NCBI GenBank assembly: GCA_963720265.1
Contig: CAVRET010000001.1
Location: 325,916 to 389,915 of the forward strand
Origin: an uncultured bacterium
Lineage (GTDB): Bacteria; Patescibacteriota; Saccharimonadia; UBA4664
Direction of reading: 5' to 3'
Length of the DNA: 64,000 nucleotides
Each line of letters starts with the position of its first letter. Positions within the stretch are counted from its first letter, which is position 1. Below the pieces are notes generated by a model. It made no database searches. It was not told the DNA's origin and saw only the letters and a program-made list of their open reading frames with translations. Below are positions 57,790 through 64,000 of the stretch, in pieces. The translations under genes and the position numbers were made by a program.

Positions 57790-58237
57790 TTACGGCCTCC
57801 TTGATTGGCTTAGGGTTTTGACCGGCGTGTGGATGTTCGGCTCCGGGATAGACCTTGAGGCGGCGCAGGCGGTCGTCGGTCAGCCTGTTTTTGGGTAACA
57901 TTCCACCTACGGCATGCTCAATGACACGGGCCGGATGGCGCTCGAGCACCTCGGCCAGCGTCGCGTCCTTGATGCCGCCGGGATAGCCGGAATGGCGGTA
58001 ATACTTTTTGTCGGTTAGTTTGGTACCGGTGACGCGTACTTTAGCCGCGTTGATAATTACCACATTGTCACCACAGTCGAGATGCGGTGCGTATTGAACT
58101 TTGTTTTTACCGAGCAGATGCGTGGCAGCTAAGGTACTTAAGCGCCCCAGGGTATAATCGGTTGCGTCAATGACGTACCAATCGTGTGATAGTTCTGCCG
58201 GTTTGGGTGAATAGGTTTTGGTCATAGTGCTGCTCAT
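57782..58237 (-). CDS. rplM: 50S ribosomal protein L13
   Basis: WYVIDA..LGRL, DCGDNVVIINA, YYRHSGYPGG and GMLPKN motifs. Confidence 0.98.
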   Translation of the reverse strand: MSSTMTKTYSPKPAELSHDWYVIDATDYTLGRLSTLAATHLLGKNKVQYAPHLDCGDNVVIINAAKVRVTGTKLTDKKYYRHSGYPGGIKDATLAEVLERHPARVIEHAVGGMLPKNRLTDDRLRRLKVYPGAEHPHAGQNPKPIKEAVNG

Positions 58238-58716
58238 GCGGTGGCCTCCTCGGTAGCGGTCTCGGCGACTGTGGTTGATTTGGCTTCAGATACGGCCTTC
58301 TCGCTGGTCTCAGCGGACTTAGCAGTTTTAGCATCTTTGGCGGCCGGCTTGTCAGTGGCGTTTAGTACCAGTCCGAGCCGAGCCATGGGTGCGTTGTCGC
58401 CGCGGCGATTTTCGAGCTTGATGATGCGGGTGTAGCCGCCGTTGCGCTCTTTGAATGCCGGCACCAGCTCCTGGAGCATCTTCTGAGTAGCATTTTCGGT
58501 TAGGAGCTCGCGGCGCAGCGTCCTGGCGCTTGCAAGCGTACCCTTTTTGGCTGTGGTTACGAGCTGTTCGAACTGCGGCGCCACTTCCTTGGCCTTGGCT
58601 TCAGTGGTGGTAATAGCTTCGTGTAGCACGAGCGAGGTCAGTTGGCCACGCACCAGCGCCCGGCGCGGGCCGGCGGCACGTTGCAGTTTACGGCCTGTGT
58701 ACCCGTGGCGATGCAT
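58234..58716 (-). CDS. rplQ: 50S ribosomal protein L17 with Ala/Glu/Lys-rich tail
   Basis: ITTTEAKAKE and RNGGYTRIIK..RRGDNAPMA. Confidence 0.97.
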   Translation of the reverse strand: MHRHGYTGRKLQRAAGPRRALVRGQLTSLVLHEAITTTEAKAKEVAPQFEQLVTTAKKGTLASARTLRRELLTENATQKMLQELVPAFKERNGGYTRIIKLENRRGDNAPMARLGLVLNATDKPAAKDAKTAKSAETSEKAVSEAKSTTVAETATEEATA

Positions 58717-58717
58717 A

Positions 58718-59656
58718 CTAGCCTACCTTCTCCTGAGTGGCAAATCCGAGTTCGGCTATCTTGTCTTTGACTTCCTCATAGGCCTTAGTGCCAAAGCCTT
58801 TGAGCTCGCGCAGTTCGGTGTCTGATAGTTTCAGCAGATCCTTGACCGTCTTTACATCATTATTAATGAGCGCATTGGTGGTACGGGGTGAGAGGCTAAT
58901 TTCTTCAATGTTGATCTTGGCTGCGCCGGATTCAGCAGCTGACTCGCGGCTGGCGGCAGACGCGCCTGCAACAGCGTTGCCGGCCACGACCTGGAAGTGC
59001 TCAACCAGAATTTCAGCGGCTTGCTGAACGGCCTCTTGCGGTGAGATGGTTCCGTCGGTCTCCACCTCAAGTACCAGCCGGTCGAGATCGGTCATCTGGC
59101 CGACACGGGTATTTTCCACGTTGTACCGGACACGTTGGACCGGTGAATACAACGCGTCAACCGCGATCATGCCAACCTCGAGTTTTTCAGCCTCGCGGTT
59201 TTCGACCGGAACGTAACCACGGCCTTTCTCAACCTTAATTTCAAGACCAAGCTTGGCCTTGGGGCCGGACAGTGTGGCAATCAGCTGCTCGGGGTTTACG
59301 ATCTCGACATCCGAGGTGGTCTTAACTTGCGCGGCCGTCACCTCGCCTTTGCCGCCGGCGGTGAGGACGAGAAACTGCGGGTCATCTGAGAATACTCGAA
59401 AGCGCAATTTTTTGAGGTTAAGAATAATGTCGACGACATCTTCCTTAACGCCGTCAATAGTAGAGAACTCATGTGCCACCGAGTCGATTTTAACGGCTGT
59501 AACAGCCGCGCCGCCTAGGCTTGATAGCATGACACGCCGTAGGCTGTTGCCAAGTGTCATACCATAGCCGGAATACAGCGGCTCGATCGCGAAGGTGGCT
59601 TTGTGGCCGTCTTCGCTCAAGGCTTTGAGCTCCGGAAGTTGAATCGGGTGTAACAC
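58718..59656 (-). CDS. rpoA: RNA polymerase alpha subunit
   Basis: EPLYSGYGMTLGNSLRRVMLSS, HEFSTIDGVKEDV, VEKGRGY and RVGQMTDLD. Confidence 0.98.
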   Translation of the reverse strand: MLHPIQLPELKALSEDGHKATFAIEPLYSGYGMTLGNSLRRVMLSSLGGAAVTAVKIDSVAHEFSTIDGVKEDVVDIILNLKKLRFRVFSDDPQFLVLTAGGKGEVTAAQVKTTSDVEIVNPEQLIATLSGPKAKLGLEIKVEKGRGYVPVENREAEKLEVGMIAVDALYSPVQRVRYNVENTRVGQMTDLDRLVLEVETDGTISPQEAVQQAAEILVEHFQVVAGNAVAGASAASRESAAESGAAKINIEEISLSPRTTNALINNDVKTVKDLLKLSDTELRELKGFGTKAYEEVKDKIAELGFATQEKVG

Positions 59657-59670
59657 AGATGGGTCCTTTC

Positions 59671-60291
59671 TTATCGTGAGTAAAACTCAATAACTAATTG
59701 CTCGTGCATCTCTTCAGCAACGTCTTCGCGGGCCGGCGCACCAGTCACCTTGCCGGTTGACTTCTTGGTATCAAAACTAATCCAGCGCAGACTTTCGGTA
59801 TTGGAATTTGCCAGATCGGAGCTCAGTTGCTGGAAGTAGGTGTTCTTTGCGCTCTTGGGCCGGACAACGAATTCGTCGCCGGGCCGTAATTGGATTGACG
59901 GAATGTCGACACGGCGGCCGTTGAGCATGAAATGCCCGTGCGTAACGAGTTGGCGGGCGGAGGCGCGAGTTGGTGCAAGGCCGAGGCGGTAGACTGCGTT
60001 ATCAAAGCGCCCTTCCAGGAGCTGAATCATGATGTCTCCCGAATTGCCGGTGCGGCGTTCGGCTTCATGTACCACGCGGACAAACTGCTTTTCAAGCAGA
60101 CCATACATCCGCTTGATCTTTTGCTTCTCGCGTAATTGCAATGCATACTGACTGGGCTTGTGGCGGCTTCCAGTGGGTCCGTGTTGCCCCGGTTTGTAGG
60201 GGTGCTTGGTGAGGCCCTTAATAGCCTTGGGCGCCAGCGCTACGCCTTCGCGTCGGCTGAGTTTAACAATTGGGGTAAGGTTACGGGCCAT
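59671..60291 (-). CDS. rpsD: 30S ribosomal protein S4
   Basis: PGQHG, QLREKQK..YGLLEKQF, ARQLVTHGH and VIEFYSR. Confidence 0.98.
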   Translation of the reverse strand: MARNLTPIVKLSRREGVALAPKAIKGLTKHPYKPGQHGPTGSRHKPSQYALQLREKQKIKRMYGLLEKQFVRVVHEAERRTGNSGDIMIQLLEGRFDNAVYRLGLAPTRASARQLVTHGHFMLNGRRVDIPSIQLRPGDEFVVRPKSAKNTYFQQLSSDLANSNTESLRWISFDTKKSTGKVTGAPAREDVAEEMHEQLVIEFYSR

Positions 60292-60692
60292 TATGCTCTC
60301 CTCGCTTTGCGCGGGCGGACGCCGCCGTGTGGGATCGGCGTCACATCCTTAATGCTTGAGACTGTAATGCCTAAGGTCGTGAGAGCGCGAATAGCTGACT
60401 CGCGACCGGCCCCGACGCCACTTACCAGTACGTCGACGCGGCCAAGCCCATATTCCTTGGCAGCTTCAGCCGCACGCTCGGCTGCGGACTGGGCGGCGTA
60501 CGGGGTGGATTTGCGCGAACCCTTAAAGCCAGCGGAACCGGCCGAGGTCCATGATAGGGCGTTACCGCGTTCGTCGGTAAACGTAATGATAGTGTTGTTG
60601 AAGCTAGCCTGGATGTGCATTTGGCCAACCGGCACCGTCCGCTTGAGTTTGCGGCGGCGAGCAGCGCTAGTTTTGGTTGCAGGAGTTGCCAT
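60291..60692 (-). CDS. rpsK: 30S ribosomal protein S11
   Basis: [24 protein letters not shown] and DVTPIPHGG. Confidence 0.98.
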   Translation of the reverse strand: MATPATKTSAARRRKLKRTVPVGQMHIQASFNNTIITFTDERGNALSWTSAGSAGFKGSRKSTPYAAQSAAERAAEAAKEYGLGRVDVLVSGVGAGRESAIRALTTLGITVSSIKDVTPIPHGGVRPRKARRA

Positions 60693-60708
60693 GGGTACCT
60701 TTCGTTGC

Positions 60709-61098
60709 TTACGTCTTTGAAGCGGCCTTCTTGCGGCCGGAACCCATGGTTACCTTTTTGCCGCGCTTGGTGCGGGCATTGGTTTTGGTGCGCTGGCCGT
60801 GTACCGGGAGTCCTGCCTTGTGGCGCAAACCACGGTATGAATTAATTTCTTTCAAGCGTCGGATATTGGCAGCAACTTCACGCTGGAGGTCACCTTCGAC
60901 GCGGTAGGTTTTGTCAATCAGGTCACGGAGCTTGGTAACTTCGGCCTCAGTCAGGTCTTTTACCCTGGTGTCAGGATTTACCCCGGTGGTAGCGAGAATG
61001 TTGCGACTTGTCGTGGCGCCGACGCCATAAATATAGGTCAGCCCAACTTCGACACGCTTAGCATCCGGCAATGTTACTCCAGCGATACGTGCTGCCAT
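60709..61098 (-). CDS. rpsM: 30S ribosomal protein S13
   Basis: [14 protein letters not shown] and [21 protein letters not shown]. Confidence 0.98.
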   Translation of the reverse strand: MAARIAGVTLPDAKRVEVGLTYIYGVGATTSRNILATTGVNPDTRVKDLTEAEVTKLRDLIDKTYRVEGDLQREVAANIRRLKEINSYRGLRHKAGLPVHGQRTKTNARTKRGKKVTMGSGRKKAASKT

Positions 61099-61100
61099 AC

Positions 61101-61217
61101 CTAGCCCTGCCTCTGCTTGTGACGAGGCTGAGCCGAGCAGATTACCCGAACTACGCCTTCGCGGCGGATGATCTTGCAGTGCTTACAAATTTTCTTGACA
61201 CTGGCTTTTACCTTCAT
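61101..61217 (-). CDS. rpmJ: 50S ribosomal protein L36
   Basis: Manual translation [38 protein letters not shown]. Confidence 0.97.
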   Translation of the reverse strand: MKVKASVKKICKHCKIIRREGVVRVICSAQPRHKQRQG

Positions 61218-61243
61218 GGCCGGGCCTCATTACAAGTGTTAAT

Positions 61244-61549
61244 TTAGCGGTGACGGTACACGATACGAGCCTTGGACAGGTCGTACGGAGTCATTTCAAG
61301 CGCGACGCGATCGCCGGGAATGATGCGGATGTAGTGCATTCGCATTTTACCAGAGATGTGAGCAAGCACAACATGCCCGTTCTCAAGCTCTACCTTGAAC
61401 AAGGCATTTGGTAGAGTCTCAAGGACGGTGCCTTCGAGCTCGATTACTTCCTTTGTCGGCTTGCCTGCCTGGGTGCCCCTTTTGTTGGCACCTTTCCCTG
61501 ACCTGCTGCCGGAAGCCCCCGGTTTGGTTACATTCTTCGCGTCTGGCAT
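61244..61549 (-). CDS. infA: Translation initiation factor IF-1 with N-terminal extension
   Basis: [42 protein letters not shown]. Confidence 0.96.
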   Translation of the reverse strand: MPDAKNVTKPGASGSRSGKGANKRGTQAGKPTKEVIELEGTVLETLPNALFKVELENGHVVLAHISGKMRMHYIRIIPGDRVALEMTPYDLSKARIVYRHR

Positions 61550-61603
61550 ATATATGACTACAGCTTGTGATTATAGATAAGTTAGTTCATGTTGTAAAGG
61601 GTT

Positions 61604-62554
61604 TTAGTGCGTTTCGCGACCTAATTCAAGATCTCGCTTGATGATTTCCTTGCGCAGCCACAGACGGCCGGCCTTGGCGACGTCTCGATGAAACTCCAGC
61701 CCAAGTAGGTTGGACAGCCAAACCTGGATTTGTTGGTCGTCGGTTATCACGTAACTGCAGCGATCCTTGAGGCTGATTACGTTCATAAACCAGTTGGGCT
61801 TTTTACTTTGCAAGGTGCGCTTTATTGCCTGTTGCTGATTTAGAATAGGACCTGCATCCCATATCACGAGCTGACCGACGCTGATCGCATGCTCGAACAT
61901 TTCGAACTTTAGTACCTTTGAATCATTGAGAACGGCCGCTTCGAAATCACCCAAAATTGTCCGTTCGCACTCAGTGAAGTATTGGGCCGGCCAGTCGTCG
62001 GTAAGGGCGGTGCGTTGCCGTAGATCCTTGTAAGCAGTCCGATCGCGATCGGTAGTGACTGACGCGCCGAAGTTGAGCGTGTTATCAAGGATGCCGGCCA
62101 TAAGGAGCTTGGTGCTGGTTTCGCTCATTTGATTAAGCAGCCCGGCCCGCTGCCAGCGTTCGTAGATTTGGGTGCAAGCAGCACCAATGAATTCAACGTC
62201 AAGCTTAACGCAGGGTCGTTCTGACCAATATTTCTCAAAACCTACGTGGTGATCTATGACTTCGACAACATGGTCCAAATTGACGAACCGATCGAAATGA
62301 TCCGGGTCAGAGACATCAATGAGTGCAAACACGTCATTCGGCACGGATTGATAATCTGTCTCGAATTCAGCCTTCAAACTCCGTAGGGTTGATGGGACAC
62401 TCTCGTTGAGCGGCGACGTGCTGGCGGCAATTGCTGTGTGTCCCTGGGTGCGTAGGAGTTCTGCATAGGCTACGCAGCCGGCGTAGCCGTCGATATCGAG
62501 GTACGGTTTGCCCGATGTGACAACGATCCTAGGTTTTGGCCTAGTATTGCTCAT
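61604..62554 (-). CDS. DHH-family phosphoesterase, Mn-dependent pyrophosphatase (PpaC)-like
   Basis: YLDID, LIDVS, VIDHH, IGAACT, GILDNTLNF and LRKEI; start ATG 62554 overlaps the secY 3' end. Confidence 0.8.
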   Translation of the reverse strand: MSNTRPKPRIVVTSGKPYLDIDGYAGCVAYAELLRTQGHTAIAASTSPLNESVPSTLRSLKAEFETDYQSVPNDVFALIDVSDPDHFDRFVNLDHVVEVIDHHVGFEKYWSERPCVKLDVEFIGAACTQIYERWQRAGLLNQMSETSTKLLMAGILDNTLNFGASVTTDRDRTAYKDLRQRTALTDDWPAQYFTECERTILGDFEAAVLNDSKVLKFEMFEHAISVGQLVIWDAGPILNQQQAIKRTLQSKKPNWFMNVISLKDRCSYVITDDQQIQVWLSNLLGLEFHRDVAKAGRLWLRKEIIKRDLELGRETH

Positions 62555-63855
62555 AGCTGGTGGTAATCGCCTGGGCTTCGAGCTGTTTGAGCGTCTCAAT
62601 GGCTACTGAGACCACGATCAGCAGGCCGGTGCCACCAAAGGTGAGGACCTGCGAGTTGGTGAACGATTGAGCGATAAACGGCAAGACCGCGATGATGCCG
62701 AGGCCGAGGGCGCCGGCCAGGGTGATACGGTCGCAATACGCGACCCAGGTAAGTGGCGGTTTGGTTGCCGGGCCGGATGCCGGGGATAAAGCCGCCCTGT
62801 TTTTGTAAGTTTTCGGCAATGTCTTTGGGGTTGAATACAACTGAAGTATAGAAATACGTAAAACCGACTACGAGAAGGAAGTAGCAGGCAGCGTAGATTC
62901 CACCCGAGGGATTGAACCAGGTGGTAAGGTTCTGCGCCAGGCTGGCTACCCAATGGGTCTTGGCATTGGTGAGTACTTGGCCAAGGAGTCCGGGCACACT
63001 CAGGAAGGCCAGGGCAAAGATAATCGGGATGACGCCGGCTGTAATAACGCGCAGTGGCAAATGGGTGTCGACGCCGGCATAGACGCGGTTGCCGCGGGTG
63101 CGTTTAGCGTAACTGACCGGAATATTGCGGGTGCCCTCGTTGAGCACAACCACAAAGGCAATGATCAGCAGAACTCCGATTAGAAACGCGATAAGGGTGA
63201 CGATTTTGCCGGTGTCGCCTGAAGCTAGGGTAGCAATTTGGCCGGCCGAGCCCGGGATACGCGCAATAATGCCACAGAAAATGATGAGCGAAATGCCGTT
63301 GCCAATCCCCTTTTCCGTGATGATTTCGCCCATCCACATGAGCAGCATGGTGCCGGCGGTAATGGTTGTTACCATTAGGGCCCACTGGAATAGGTCAGGA
63401 TGACCGATGAGATCGACGTTATCGATGCGCTCAGAGGTCTGCTGGATGAGGAATACCATGCCGAAGGATTGGATAAGTGCGAGCGGCAGCGTTAGCATGC
63501 GCGTGTATTGGTTGAGCTTGCGCCGGCCCTGCTCCCCTTCTTTGTTAAGTGCCTCGAGCTGTGGGATTACCTGCGTAAGGAGCTGAATAATGATGGAGGC
63601 GTTAATGTATGGCCCCACGCCCATCATAATGATGGAGAAGTTGGCCAAGGCGCCGCCTGTAAAGACGTCGGCAAACCCAAGTACACTGTTGGAAGCAAAG
63701 ACGGTTTTGAGGAAGGTGGCGAGTTGGGCGTTGTTGGGCACCGGTACAGGGATGTGGGCCAGTAGCCGGAAAATTACAAGCAAACCAAGAACAACGAGCA
63801 CCCTTCGGCGCAGATCTGGGGATCGATAGACCTGCTTAAGGGTACTGAGGTTCAT
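62541..63855 (-). CDS. secY: Preprotein translocase SecY, with a frameshift at ~62733 (probably a sequencing error)
   Basis: GVGPYINASII, GIGNGISLIIF, AGVIPIIFA and GGFIPGIRPG in one frame; RITLAGA...FGGTGLLIVVSV in the adjacent frame. Confidence 0.95.
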
Positions 63856-63858
63856 AGT

Positions 63859-64000
63859 TTAGGCGAGCGCCTCCTTGGCGGGCCGGGTGGGCTTTTTGCT
63901 CGGAGCTTTGACGAATTCGATCAGCTCGACTGATCCGCCGGCTTTTTCAACCGCGACAGTCGCTGCGGCCGAGGCCTGGTGGACCTTGATGGTGAGCTTG
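63859..64000 (-). CDS. rplO: 50S ribosomal protein L15, 3' part (starts outside the window)
   Basis: KLTIKVHQASAAATVAVEKAGGSVELI immediately upstream of secY. Confidence 0.9.
   Translation of the reverse strand, partial: KLTIKVHQASAAATVAVEKAGGSVELIEFVKAPSKKPTRPAKEALA

Noticed and set aside
62720-62745. secY frameshift as programmed recoding or a pseudogene
   Set aside because: SecY is essential, no slippery sequence is present and both halves are intact, so a sequencing or assembly indel is the simplest explanation.
1-64000. Alternative genetic code (TGA recoding)
   Set aside because: Genes of more than 13 kb and all r-proteins read intact in code 11, and TGA serves as a normal stop (e.g. 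rplQ, rplM).

Overview
Bacterial chromosomal segment, most likely Patescibacteria/CPR (Saccharibacteria-like). This is inferred from gene content and was not tested; the ORFs read in genetic code 11. The right end carries the conserved rplO-secY-(DHH)-infA-rpmJ-rpsM-rpsK-rpsD-rpoA-rplQ-rplM-rpsI operon on the minus strand. Directly behind rpsI lies a 3 kb block of two parallel units, each [orphan gene ending ...AA-stop, GC hairpin, degenerate copy of the rpsI 3' end, WhiB-family gene]. One of the WhiB genes closely resembles actinobacterial WblA/WhiB4. The conserved tRNA-Thr(TGT)-Tyr(GTA)-Thr(GGT)-rpmG-Trp cluster is split by a ~32 kb island. The island encodes a tailspike-like beta-helix protein and two giant (4459 and 4743 aa) mosaic fibre/adhesin proteins built from shuffled modules, each paired with a convergent paralogous membrane-anchored partner gene. 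Downstream of tRNA-Trp is ~15 kb of accessory genes, including a duplicated TPR + secreted-protein pair in which the expected C-terminal tail of one protein appears on the other. A frameshift in the essential secY gene suggests the assembly has indel errors, so frameshift-only pseudogene calls are weak. All family assignments come from motif recognition, not database searches.
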